From Epiperipatus broadwayi (Eukaryota; Animalia; Onychophora): 64,000 nucleotides of DNA. Positions 1-12,789 of the stretch are shown here, one piece after another. Numbering within the stretch: position 1 is the stretch's first letter; every line of letters starts with the position of its first letter. The notes beneath the pieces are model-generated. The model had not been told where the DNA came from and made no database searches. It was given only the letters and a program-made list of their open reading frames with translations. The translations under genes and the position numbers were made by a program. The DNA is taken from the NCBI GenBank assembly GCA_028023455.1, contig JAQFVV010000010.1, forward strand, positions 2,542,001 through 2,606,000, read 5' to 3'.

Positions 1-409
1 TTGAAAGATTGCTGAGCACTGTAACTGTAAATTTCTTAAAAACACACCATGTGTGTGTGTGGGTGTGTAGTAAAGCATGTGTGTAGTAAAGCATAATTTG
101 TGGGTCGTATTTATTATTAATAATAATTTCAACTACTATATGCATGAATTTATTCTTGTAATAAGTTATATTTGTTTATTTTGTAGTTTTCTAATATATT
201 TACATATCAGTTTATTTGAGTAGAAGTATTTCTTAATGTTATAGGTATTCTTTTTTATTTAATGTAAAATTTCTATTTACTAAAAATGTTGAGTATTCAT
301 AGTTGTGCAATTATGTAACTAATTACTGAATTCAAATATTTATTCTGTTGAGGAAAAAAAAATTTGCTGGATCAATGGAGTTGAATAATTGTGTTTAACT
401 TGCTGCTGT

Positions 410-1086
410 GGATCTGGATTACATAATCTCAGCAACAAGTCATGTGATCATACACACATATATAGTGATGTTGTGGAATTGAAAAAAAGATTTAAGAAAT
501 GGTTATATTAACAATTTTGTTTAGCAAGATTAAAATGATAGATACATTAAAAAGTAGATCTTATTCCAGTCACATTCACATGAAAAGTGGTGTTCATTTT
601 TTAGAAGAATCTACTGTACATACTAAATTTCTACAACTATTAAACACTAAAATTACTAATTTGGATTTCCAGGATTACTATATTAATGAAGCATGAAATT
701 CTCCTAAGGACTATGTTATGGATTCAAGTCCAAAAGCTTTATTATAAAGAAAAATCATGATTCGTTTTCTGATGATGATTTTATTATTTGTGATTTCATT
801 AAAAGTAAATATGCAACATTTTCTGCACGGCAGAATAATAAATAAAATGTACTTCATAATAAATGTAAAGATCTGAAGGCAGGAGATCAGAGACTGATAA
901 GAAGGTTTAAAAAAGATTGGTGGACTAAAAGTGCAATGAAGATATAGACATTCACCGATTGTTATCATTCTGGATTTTTTTTATGCGCTGAGAGTAATAT
1001 ATGGACCCTAAAAAATGCCATTACAAAATCCTATTAAATCCAACTATATCACTCTCTTATATGATGACAATGATATTTAATAATGA
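410..1086 (+). mobile_element. RTE-clade LINE remnant, endonuclease/linker part (segment 1 of an element split by later insertions)
   Basis: Degenerate translation gives LDYII (~416-430) and FSDDDFIICDFIKSK...RRFKKDWWTKSAMKI*TFTDCYHSGFFYALRVIYGP...ITLLYDD. This resembles the RTE/BovB linker (WW..KA..LQ..AD....FY..LK.IYGP). Several stops. Confidence 0.7.
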
Positions 1087-4019
1087 AGCGGTCGGATCTA
1101 AATTCGATCCTAGCTTCATATCTCACCTGTAGCCCACTTCAAACCTTAGTACTAACCGTGAATTTCCGAATGCAATGGGGCTTTATACGTTCAATACATG
1201 CTAGTTTCAATAAAAAACAGTATTATATAAATATATGTTAAAACCAACTACTTTAATATTTAAACTAATCAATATCATTAATAAATTCATGATAAAATTG
1301 TTCATGAAAACACATATTATAACTGCGTGGATTGTGCGTATGTATTTATAAATAATTAAATATATATATTCGTTATAAAGTTTCATTGCATCGGAATGTT
1401 TTATTTTACTTATACCAATTTGTTCAAATAATCTGTGACTAAAAGCTACATCCTTTCGATAAGCTTTCAGATTGCCCGCTCCCAAAGACAATGGGGGAAA
1501 GTTTTATTAATTAGCAAAAAGATAATTAAAAATGTTAGGATGGTTCATGTTCTAATTAGAAAATGAATTCAAAGTTAATGAGTTTGAAAGCCTTATCAAA
1601 GGAATGTATCTAAAATCAATTAACAAAAATTTGTAACTTTTATAAAGTAAGAAGCTCTAGCCTGAAGGCTTCAAGAGTCGGTATAGGCAGGAAACCAGAG
1701 AACAGGTATAAATAGTCTGGAAAAAGTTTTGAGAAGAAGAAGCCATATTTGTTTAAGAGTACTTGCTGCTAGAAGCTACATGCATTTTAAATTATGAATT
1801 TTATAGTGTCTCCATCATGGTGAGGGGCTAACTTCGGGAATCTGATTGCTGGGCCCGAAGTCCCCAGAAGATCTTCAATATAGCTGCAAAATTAATTTTT
1901 TTCCATACCAATTGTATTGCCAAAACCTGAAAGAATCAATCTGAATGCCATTCACCTAAGTTAAAAATGCGCGCCTACGTTTCAACCCAATCGGACTCTG
2001 TCGTGTGAACTAAGGAACCAACCATGAAGGAATGGTAATATCTTTCTTTAAATGAACCGCAACTTTCTGGTCAGTTTCCGAACTTTATTTTATACCACCT
2101 TTTAAAATTAATTACTGTTAAATCTTCTTGCTTTATAATGCCTTAACTTGTATAAGTAATTCTCTATTTCTATCTCTAGTCGTTAAATTTAACTTTCCGT
2201 TCTTACGATGGCATCACCTTTTAAAATTAATTACTGTTAAATCTTCTTGCTTTATAATGCCTTAACTTGTATAAGTAATTCTCTATTTCTATCTCTAGTC
2301 ATTAAATTTAAGTTTCCGTTCTTACTATGGCATCATTTCACTAACTATATTATATATTTATTGAATGATTATTAATACCATTTATTTTTGATTATATGCC
2401 AATAAAACTTCAACTCGATAATAATCTCTTTCGTTAAAATTCCCTCATGAAAATAATATAATATTAAGTTTTATAGTAATTCTTGCCCACTAGAACTAAT
2501 TTACTACAGTTCTATTAATTATCAAATGGAAGGATTTATCAGATGCTTGTTATTTTTATTAACGGCTGATAATGGCTATTAACCCATTTCTAACCTATGC
2601 TCCCGGCTATTTTCTTGAGTTTCATCAATATTTATTTATTCATATTAATGATATTAAAATCTTTTGCAAAAGGTTGATAAAGGAATTTAATGTCAATATA
2701 TTCTAAGTATTATATTAGTATTCAGGGAGGGCATGATATTTAGGGTATAATTAGCATAATTTTATAATTGTGTTAAGTACTTTTAGTTAAAGCTCGTTTG
2801 ACTTTAATTCAACATGATCAGGTCATTACTTAGAGCATTCCTTATATAAATTGGGTTTTATTATTTAAACATGATGATTATTAAGTCATCATTTTCCAAA
2901 CGTTGCTGACGCAAGCCATGTCCTGCCTCATAGGCTTGTCTTTGGTGATATTATTGTTACTTTAATTACCTAGGAAGAAACCACTTCTTCACTTGCTCGT
3001 TGATATTGGAACACCAAAGGTTCATGGCTATGACCCGGCCTGGCTTTCCCTGTGTTCCACGGATCCTTCATAGGGCATAAAAGACTTGCCAAACACAAGC
3101 TGCCCTTCTATTTTCTCAAATCACCGACAAGCCTTTATTTTTGTATTTATTCTTAAAGCTCGTAAATCGTCAGCACCGTTATTTCTCAGTTCAAATAAAG
3201 CCCCGCTCTCATGCTCGTAAATTGTGATGAATTGATTTTATTAAAATCAAACAATCTCATATTCTTTATAATTAAATAAATTCTTTGTTAAATATTAAAG
3301 TTATGCCCTAAATATTTATCATGCATTTCGTGAGTTGATTTACAAATGTGAAAATGAACCTCACATTCTTTTAAAATTAGAATAATAATTTCTGTCAAAG
3401 CTAAATACCTTTATCTACCTTTATTTACTTGTCGGGGCATAGACATATATAATCCTCCTATAAGTGCATATTGATTATTGGCATATAATAACGACTGCCA
3501 TTCTTATTGTAAATTATAACTCCCGTTTTAAAGACTAGAGGTAATCTATATAATCTTAATCACAAAAGTTGAACAAAATATTTATTCTTATTAAACATTT
3601 TATAACACATTTGGTTTTTAACTTTCTTTATTGTTCAATAATTATTTTAATATTAATACTCGCTGTCTGTATTGGCAACTCGAACATACATATATGAATT
3701 GAACAATTCAAAAAAAACGACACATCCATATATGAATTGATTATAAACATCCTTAGTTTTTTTATTATATGTTATTAGAGTCAGATCAGGGATCTCAAAT
3801 CATCATCATCCGTTGAGCTAGTTTCTTGGGCATAGTCATGTAGCATCGACATATGTCATCCATTGATTGATCTGAGCTCGTGAGTTGGGTTTGAATTCAG
3901 TTTGGTCTGGGTTGAATTCCTTTGGTTTGACTGAGTTTGAATCCGACTTCGCGGATTGGGTCATGTTGTTGGATGGCGTCTTTGACTATAGGTAGAATGA
4001 GTATTTTGATCATCTTTTG
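1087..4019 (-). mobile_element. Heavily decayed L1/Tx1-like LINE inserted into the RTE element
   Basis: Minus-strand motifs occur in L1 ORF2 order: YVYAPT (APE, 3433-3444), RQAYEAG, KLFP...SGFLP, then ~35 aa later FDKAFKLINFEFIF (~1560-1600). Flanked by an 8-bp direct repeat AATAATGA (1079-1086, 4020-4027). The RTE resumes after it. Confidence 0.5.
2096..2333. repeat. Tandem duplication, 2 x 119 bp
   Basis: CACCTTTTAAAATTAATTACTG... starts at 2096 and at 2215; the copies are nearly identical. Confidence 0.95.
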
Positions 4020-4940
4020 AATAATGATGTAAGAACTGAGGGATGACTTAATAATGTATCTATTATATTTACTCATTTAGACTTGGAGAAAGATATCCAG
4101 TTTAGTGAAATCAAAACAGCTTTTTGTAAACTTAAAAATGGAAAGATTGTAGATCCTGATGATCTGGAGAAGTTTTAAAATATAGCAATGATAGGTAGTT
4201 TCAAAAATATTGAAATTTTTAAGGAATACATGTACTGCTTTATCTCAAGGATGTTTATATTATTTTAATTTTTAAAAATAAAGAAATAGATAAGTTTGCA
4301 TTAATTATCATGGAATATCATTATTATCCACTATAACAAAGGTACTTTCAAAGATTTTATTGAATAGATTACTTCCAATCACAGATGAATGGTTAATCAA
4401 AGATTTGATGTTGGTTTTATATAAAATAAAAGCACTATAGGTTGTTTTTGCCAAGCAAATGCAAAAAAAAAGTATCAGGAACAAAAGAGTGATTCATGTA
4501 TTGTTTTGGTCAAGGCATTTGATTCAGTTAATCAAGAAAGTTTTTGACATTGTTTTGATTGTCCACCAAAATTTATTTTTATACTAATCCATCTAAAGCA
4601 AAATAATTTAATAATCACTAAAATTTGTTAAGGATGCTTTATATTAATTATATAAATAAGCATTATTTTACATATTTTTCTATCTCAACCAAAGGAAACT
4701 GTAAGCAAAATAAGTGTTACTACTACAAGTAGAAAATTTGAGGCATTTAAAATGGAAATTGGTGTTAAACATGGATGTTAATTTTCTTTAGCATTGTTTT
4801 CAATTTTTAAGATAGTTGCATTTGGAAGGGTTAGTAAGCAGCTTAATGAAATAGGGATCAAGATGTGATACATGTTTGATGATGGAATTTTTAATTTGAA
4901 TTAATTAAAAGTAAAAACAAGAACTGCATCTTTTTGGATT
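4020..4940 (+). mobile_element. RTE LINE remnant, reverse transcriptase N-terminal half (segment 2)
   Basis: SEIKTAFCKLKNGKIVDPDD, NYHGISLLSTITKVLSKILLNRLLP and LVKAFDSVNQ correspond to RT motifs; frameshifted. Confidence 0.85.
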
Positions 4941-5106
4941 AAATCATTAAGCATCACATGATCACATCTCTTATACTAGCACATAATTGTTTATAAACAA
5001 GGCAAAACTCTCCATACAGTAGTGCCACCCTGTGCCAACCAGAGTAATCAATGGATGCCAGAAGGCTTGTGCATAAAATCCCTTTCTAATGCCTACTCAT
5101 CCAATA

Positions 5107-5148
5107 TCCTCAGACTAGTTTCTGGCTTGTGGCCTTCGTCAGTGAGGA
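5107..5148 (-). ncRNA. Minimal type-I hammerhead ribozyme, family 1, core intact
   Basis: Minus strand reads TCCTCA-CTGACGA-AGGC-CACAA-GCCA-GAAA-CTAG-TC-TGAGGA. It has a 6-bp stem I, CUGANGA and GAAA boxes, a GGC/GCC stem II (A.A mismatch at its base), a palindromic stem III (ACTAGT) and a GUC cleavage triplet. Confidence 0.75.
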
Positions 5149-5573
5149 GCTTTGGATCTGAGAGCACTGCATCTAGATCTTAGGATCTAATGCAACCCTC
5201 CTTCTGGCATCCATTGATTACTCTGGTTGGCACAGGGTGGCACTACTGTATGGAGAGTTTTGTCTTGTTTATAAACAATTATGTGCTAGTATAAGAGATG
5301 GTGATCATGTGATGCTTAATGGTTTAACACCATTCCTGCCTAGTAGGATAGTGGTGGCTATGGTTGTTAAAGAGCCAAAGACCCCAAAATGTATGGGTGC
5401 TGAACTGAGTTCAGACCCATATGATTATATAAGCTATTGAGCTTAGATTGAAAATATTTTTGGGTTTTCCAATTTCATTCTCATAGTTTTATAGTTAAGT
5501 AGAGATAAAAGATGATTTCTGGAGGATTGCATTAGATCCTAAGATCTAGATGCAGTGCTCTCAGATCCAAAGC

Positions 5574-5615
5574 TCCTCATTTACGAAGGCCATAAGCCAG
5601 AAACTAGTCTGGAGA
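5574..5615 (+). ncRNA. Degenerate copy of family-1 hammerhead
   Basis: TCCTCA-TTTACGA-AGGCCATAAGCCA-GAAACTAGTC-TGGAGA; the CUGA box is mutated. Confidence 0.55.
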
Positions 5616-5726
5616 TATTGGATGAGTAGGTATTAGATAGGGATTTTATGCACAAGCCTTCTGGCATCCATTGATTATACTGGTTGGCACAGGGTGGACT
5701 ACTGTATGGAGAGTTTTGCCTTGTTT

Positions 5727-6640
5727 ATCTTTTTGGATTCTGAATTTACAGGATGCTGAAATGGTGTTATTTTTACTAGTTCAGAAGATGATTTATAGAA
5801 TGCACTTAATATTTTGAATGTAACATTTAAAAACTTTGATTTAATAATTATTGTTAAAAAAAAAATCAAATTTTATAACAGCTATTGTTGAAAGAAAAAT
5901 CTTCAACAATTTTTAGCCTGAATGTTTATTGACTTGAGAATATAAACTAATTTAAATTGCTTAATAGTTTTATAAGTAAAAAGATGAATTTAGATATGGA
6001 AGTCTGACATAGATTCCAGTGTGCTGCTGCTACTTTTAGCAAGTTAAAAGATAGAATATTTCATCACAGGGAAAATAAACACTGCAACCCTTTTAGCTAC
6101 ATATAGAGCTGTTATTTTATCTAATTTATTGTATGAAATGAGACTTGGAAACCATATTAACACAATGTAAAGACATTAGAAATTTTTATTAAAGAAATTT
6201 AAAAAAGTGATAAGAGCTTAAAATCAATCAAACACTTTTCAACTTGCTGGATATGGTTACTATAGAGTCCATTATTGCAAAGTCATGCCTTCATTGGATT
6301 GGAAATTTTAGAACAAAGGAACAATACAAGACTTTCTGGAAGATATTTTGCTAAAGCCTGTCTATGTTATTTGGATTATCTCAAAGATATTTTTAAAAAG
6401 TGTGATATTGTTTCTATTGGGATGATAAGACAGAGAATAATTAGATATAGTGTTGAAGTATTTCTAAAAGAAAAGATTTCTTCTGAGGAAATTAAAAGTC
6501 AGCATCACGAAATATCAAACCAAAAAAATGGATCAGCATGTTCTATATTGGTCATAATTGTGTTTCATAAATTGGTGCTGTCATTGCAAACTCATTTTTT
6601 TTCTCTTTTAACTTTAACTTTGGGGTTGAAATGAACATAG
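5727..6640 (+). mobile_element. RTE LINE remnant, RT C-terminal half (segment 3)
   Basis: SEDDL*NALNIL, TLLATYRAVILSNLLYE and HWIG-like motifs continue the RT of segment 2 across the TSD-bounded insertion. ORF 6275..6634 lies in this decayed region. Confidence 0.7.
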
Positions 6641-6669
6641 CTGTTTATAAGTGGCTTCTATATGTATTA

Positions 6670-7978
6670 TGAGGTGTGACAATTTAATTCCCGGAATGGC
6701 TGCGTGGTGTCCCCCATAGCCTAATTGAATTGAAATCACATGAGTATTCATGTTTGAGCTAACACATAAGTAAATTTTAAGCTGATAGAACTAGTTGTAC
6801 TTAGCTATTGACTTACACTATTGAGAAAATAATATCCAAAAAATTGGGGGGGGGGGGGGGGGGGGGGGGGGGCTATTGAGAAAATAATATCCAAATGTAC
6901 ACTTTGGCATAAAAATGGGTGTTTGAAATTTTGAACAATGTATTAATATCAAATTTTGTGTGAAAATTGGAAAATGTGCTTCTGAAACATTACAACTGTT
7001 GCAAGTATATGGTGAAGATGCTATGAAGAAATCAAATGAGTGTCATAAGAGATTCAAAGATGGGTGAGAAGATGTGACTTTATTCCAGAAATGGACAATT
7101 AAAAACAACAATGAGAAATGCAATATGGTTTGACATATGATTAAGCATGGGATTGATAGTTGAAAAATTTCAGATTGAGAAACAGGCTAATTTTAAATAA
7201 AGGAATTGGGCATGAGAAAGATTTTCTGCAAAGTTTGTGCCTCAGTTCTTGACAGATGAGGAGAAACAGCATTGGTTCGATGTTGCAAATAATCTTTCTT
7301 CAAATATGTATCTGCTTCCAAGAATAATTATGGGTGATGAAACTTGGTGATTTTAGTTTTACTCGGAAACAAAACATCAGAGCATGCAATGGAAATCTCT
7401 TTATTGACCATGCCCTAAAAAGGCACACACATCAGGCCACAGTTTAAGATACCTTGCTGATGTCTTTCTTTGACCACAAGGAAATAGTCCATCAAAATTT
7501 TTTTGAATAGGGATAAATATTTAACTAACAATATTATTTAAAAGTACTTCAGAGAATACGAGATTCTGTTCAAAGAAAAAGACCTGAATTGTGGCCCGAC
7601 AAGTGGATTATTCACCATGACAATGTGCCAAGTCATAGTGTGCTCATTGTGAGACTTTTTGGCCAAAAAATAAATTATATAACTAGATCATCCTGCGTAT
7701 TCATCTGACTTAACTCCCTGTGACTTTTGTTCCAAAATCAAAAACTGTGCTGAAAGAACAAAGATTTTCTATAACTAATATCCAACAGAATATAAGACAG
7801 CTGCACAACTTTATTCCTGAAAATGTGTTCAAGGTCTGCTTCCAGAATAAGAACACCATTTTAATCAATGTATAGATGCACAAGGGAACTACTTTGGAGG
7901 CGACAGTAACCACTAGTGTAGACTTCCACATGTATATTTTATAAAGGTGCATTCCTGGAATTAAATTGTCATACCTTA
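6670..7978 (+). mobile_element. Full-length decayed mariner transposon (~1.3 kb)
   Basis: ~28-bp TIRs GAGGTGTGACAATTTAATTCCCGGAATG / CATTCCTGGAATTAAATTGTCATACCTT after a TA. Transposase motifs IKFCVKIGK, IMGDETW, HHDNVPSH and HPAYSSDLTPCDF (mariner-type DDD triad). Multiple stops. Confidence 0.92.
6818..6895. repeat. 23-bp direct repeat flanking AAATT plus a 27-nt poly(G) run
   Basis: CTATTGAGAAAATAATATCCAAA at 6818-6840 and 6873-6895; G run at 6846-6872. Confidence 0.95.
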
Positions 7979-10900
7979 CATATGCAGTAATTGGGCTTGA
8001 ACTTTTAATGAACTCCTGGAGCAATAAAGCCATCATCATTATCATCATTATTTTTGTTGTTGTTGCTGCTGTTGTTGTTTTGTTGTATAGGATGTTATTT
8101 AAATAAATGAAGTGTTGAAATCTCACCATATTTTATTGTTTTTATTTTAGATTGTCTACTAATCAATAAGTTTATATATATGAAAAAGTTATCTAGAGTA
8201 TTTAATTCATTTTTTCAGGTATTTACTAAAGTTTTTGGGACAATAGTTAGATTTTAGGAAACATATAACAATATACATAAGTTAAAATAGTTCACCATTT
8301 TCCAGCAGAAGAGTTAGGAAATAGAGTAGAAGGTGTGTCTATATTTCTGAAATATAGATAAAAGAGCTTTTAAATAGCTTACTGCCTCTTCAGTCCTTTG
8401 TAGAAGAACAATGAAAGATAAAGCATTCATGAGTTTGCCAATTATGTAGTGAAGATTTGAGTATTTTGTATTCTTGTTTTACCTGCAGCTAAAGATAGCT
8501 AAATCCCCAATTTACCAATTAATATTGCATAATTAATTGGATTGGCTAGGGACTGGCTATTTGAAAGAAAAATTTCAAACAAATTGAAAAAATGTTCAAA
8601 TTTATTCAGTATTGATGGAATTCATGTCATAGGCATGGCAGGTGAATACCCTATCATTGTACTGTAAGGCAACTAGAAATGCATATTATGCATGGAAAAA
8701 AAATGGATGATCAAAATAACACTTGCAGTCATAATATTGACAGCAACAAAGAGCAAATAAACTTAGTCACCATCATATTAAATTAATGGATTTTTTGGAT
8801 TAAGTTTTTAACCAAAATTCATCTCCACTATTGTCAATTTTTATTAAATATATAGTTCCTGATAATAAAGCAAACTTTAACGAATTAGAATTTTCAGGTA
8901 AATATCCCCAAAATGCTGATATATTTATTTATTATTATTTTTTTATATATTTGTAACTGTTGAATATAAATCAAATCATCTAAATTTTTTTACTAAGTTT
9001 TGTAATAAAATAAATTAATAGCATAAATGAATCTCTCTTAATTCAGTAATTATGTTGCAGTGTTATGACATAGGCTATTATTCTTTCAGCAAAAGTAACT
9101 TCCCAAAAGTATTGAAAATGGAGATGATTCTACTTGTGTCATATGTTTTCATAAATGTGTTAAAAATTATCATTAAAATTGGAAAGTCATTATTCTATAC
9201 ATTCCATATATGATAACATCCAACCAAATACTATTCACAGTCATATTTGATTCTTATTCATTATGCATTAAATGCTCATGTCTGGATTATATTATGTCTT
9301 ACATTATTAATAAAAAGCTATCCAAATTTGCGACTATCCAAATTTGTGAAAATTTTGATAAGATTTTTTTATTCCTATAGAGGAGAGTGCTTCACCAGAA
9401 TTTGGATGAGTATAGTAACTACCAGTTAGAACAAATGCTTATCTTGCACATAGTGATGTGACTTCAAAATTCTTTTTGAATTTCTTTAAATATTAATATA
9501 TTGAATATTATACTACTCAGTCTACTCAGACATAATGCAGTAAAGTTTGTACTGACATGGATTAAGCACTAACATTGTTATAGCCACAACAACATATTAA
9601 TTGCCAAGATTATCAAGTGAATTATACTTTTCATCAATTTTGTAGTCTTCTGATTTTGCTTTCTCTATTGTGATTTTTAAAAATATGAGGGTTAAAACAA
9701 GTTGTTGATAATATGTGAATCATAGCTGACTTTCCCATCATCATCATTATTATCATTATTATTATTATTACTATTACTATTATTATTATTATTGTTGTTG
9801 TTGTTTTAAACTGACTACTAAGATTTTTTAAAGTTATATTGAAAGTCTTTTTTTTTTTTTAATTCGAATTTAATCATAATGGAATGATATTGTTGACTTT
9901 ATTTTATTATAAAGTGATATAAAGATTTAATAAAGTCTTTCTTTAATAATGAATATCAAATAATCTTAGATAGAATTGATTTTCTATATCTGTAGCTTTG
10001 TAACATAAATTATAAATGTTATAATTTAGTTGTTATTAATAAGACTAAAACAAGATATATTTAAGTTTTTTTTTTAAAAAAAAATATTGTATTTTTATAT
10101 TTTACATTACATCTTTGATTTTAAATAACAAATTCACTTGAAGATGTTTAGACTGATTATTTATGAAGAATAAATTTTAAAATTTCATTTTTTATCTTGT
10201 TTTTGATGTAGTATATTCTCATTAATTTCTTTGATTGGAGTTAGAATTCTTTGATGACAGTGATCTTAATTATTACTGAGCTACCTATCATTTTTCCCTC
10301 CAAATATGACACAAAATTTATATTTTTCTCTCCAAAATTCATGATGATTGTGAGAAAATAAATCAGATATTTATGGTGATATATTAAATTACCAACACCA
10401 TCTACCAATCTCAAAGAAGTTTTATTCTTGCCTAATATTTTTGTAATTTGTGATTTAATTTTTTATTTTGGGTAATATCATAAAGATAATTTATATATAT
10501 GTGCTATGTATTCTTTATCTGAAAATTAATTGGGTTCTATAATTAAATATTTTTATCTTTTATGATTTTGATAGAATGTCAATTTATTAGTCTCGGCATT
10601 TTATTAGAATAAAAATATATATTTTAATAGAAAGCTAGTTTTAGAGAAATTTAACAGATGAACATTAATTTAAATTAGGAATGGACAAATTTTTGAGATA
10701 AAGAACCATATTATATCAGTGAAATATAGCCAGGAACCACATTCAAAAATTATATATGTTTTTTATTCCAATAATGATGATGAAGAAAAAATATGTAAAC
10801 ATATTATTTAAGAAATTAGTAATTACCGACTTTTATGGAATTCTTCATTCATCCTATTAAAATCCAGATTAAATTTTATATTTATTCGTATGCCACTTTT

Positions 10901-11289
10901 AAATATTAATCAGATATCAGCTTTTGTAAATAATGTTTGATTATATTCATAATAGAAAGTGATTGTTGACAAATATATGTGAAGCTAAAAATCAAAAAAT
11001 TCTCAGCAAAAATTTTGAATATTGGAAAATTAAATATTACTTAAATGGTTATAAAATTTGGAATTTTTTCTTTCTTATGTATTGTAGATCAAGCAATTCT
11101 AATTGAATATCAGTTGATACAGAAAATGGATTGAAAATGATAGTTCTATTTCACCAAAATTATTGAAGTGTGTATTAACTCATTATATAAAATGTTAATT
11201 TTCTCTGCATAATCAAATTTAGTTTTTGGTATATCTTTCAATAATTTGAATGCTGGAAAATGTTGTAGCTAACTTTTTAATTACTATAT

Positions 11290-12110
11290 TACTTCAAATT
11301 TAAGACTCCCCTGAATTTAAGATGCAGTGGGATTTTAAGCTTGGAAAATTGGGAAAAAAATTTAAAAACAATTTTATTGAAAAATAAAAAATATTCATAT
11401 TTACTTAAATAGAAACTGATATAAATACAGCAAGCTCACCTAATTTATTGCAAATGTTTTTCAGATATATTTTCACTTTCAACATCTTCACTTTCAGAAC
11501 TTGAATTCTCATCTTCACTATTCCACTAGAGTACATCATTTTCAGTGTAATTTAATTAGTTAGCAGTACAACATTTTAAGAAAAAATTTTTGATAATTTT
11601 TTAGGGATATCTTTCCAAGACCACAAAATCCATAGCTATTGTAGAAGATGAAGCTCATTTATTTTATCAGTTGGTTTGTAAGGATAATCTTCTCGATTTA
11701 ACCATGCTCCATAATGGGTTCTCATTTTATCTGTAAAGGTTTTGTTAACAAACATATCAAGTGGTTGGAGTTTACAAGTCATACCTGCTGATATTATTAC
11801 CAGATCACAGTTTTTTTGCTTTTACTTTAAGCTTAATATCCAATTATATGGTAAATTGCAGCCAAATGTTATAATTTTTTATTCATTTGCTTTTGTGAAA
11901 AAGTAAATTTTTCTATTAAAATATGAATCATTCTTCTAAAATAATTAATATTTTGATAAATTTTCAGAAAAAAATTTAAAATGCATAAAAGAAGATTCTA
12001 AAACTTACATTTTCATGTTGAAATTCAAAACGAAAATATGGAACTCAAAATCGTTGACAGACACTCTCTTGGAGAATAAGAAATTACCAATCAGTATCTT
12101 GGAAGGGAGG
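11290..12110 (-). mobile_element. pogo/Tigger-family DDE transposase remnant
   Basis: Minus strand gives LVIISAGMTCKLQPLDMFVNKTFTDKMRTHYGAWL...KCCTAN...ENDVL plus an acidic tail, typical of pogo DDE_1 C-termini. Outer limits are approximate. Confidence 0.8.
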
Positions 12111-12789
12111 TTTTTATCACATTGTTATAACTTGAAATTTAAATCTTACTGATTTATTAGTTGTAAAAAAATTCTAAAATTGTAGTTTTCTTGATAAAAT
12201 AATAATAAAATTGGCAGAATAATGTTAAAAGATTTTAAAACATATGTTTTCAAAATAAATATTGATTTACTGATATTAGTTGTAAAAAAAATTCTAAAGG
12301 TTATTCAGTAGAGTTTCTCAATAAAATATTAGTAAAATCGGCAAAATAATGTTAAAAGTAACAGTTTGAGAGAGAGCGAATTAAAGCTGTTTATAAAATT
12401 AATCCAAAAATTTTTGACATTTAATGTTAAATATTTTTTCTTTTGATTAAAAAAGATTTAACATGCAATTTAACACAAGGATATCAATCATAATACTATG
12501 TGCATGTATAGCATAAAGCAAGATCCACAGAAATAAGATGTTAAAAATTTTTGTTTTAAATTTAAGATTCAAAATTTGGAGAAAAAGTTTGTCCTATATT
12601 CGAAGTAAAATGGTATTTGGCATTAAATAACTTTTAACATTGTATGGAAAGCATTCAAGTTCAGTATTACATCATAGACTGACTGGTTTTTGTTTTGTAA
12701 TATTAAGTTTAAAATATTCAGATGATTAATTATATCAAGTGTGAAGCAAAATTATATCATATGCAGAATCAGTTAAATCTGGAAAATCT

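Larger units (their letters stand above)
4941..5726. mobile_element. Hammerhead-bearing Penelope/retrozyme-like non-autonomous insertion (family 1) with inverted 5' arm
   Basis: 13-bp TSD ATCTTTTTGGATT (4928-4940, 5727-5739). The minus arm 4941-5199 is the reverse complement of plus-strand segments 5200-5326 and 5521-5726. The plus-strand repeat period is 457 nt (5200 vs 5657). Contains two HHR motifs. Confidence 0.8.

Noticed and set aside
1207-2090. Minus-strand reading (ORF MSLGAGNLK..., FRFWQYNW) as an endogenous RNA-virus polymerase
   Set aside because: Motif order and spacing (VYAP, GFLP, DKAF) fit a decayed L1/Tx1 ORF2 better; no viral RdRp motif was found.
7710-8129. 139-aa minus-strand ORF
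   Set aside because: Overlaps the antisense strand of the mariner end and simple repeats.
10770-10860. MADF-like peptide (II*EISNYRLLWNSS)
   Set aside because: Too short, interrupted by a stop, and no Harbinger transposase nearby.
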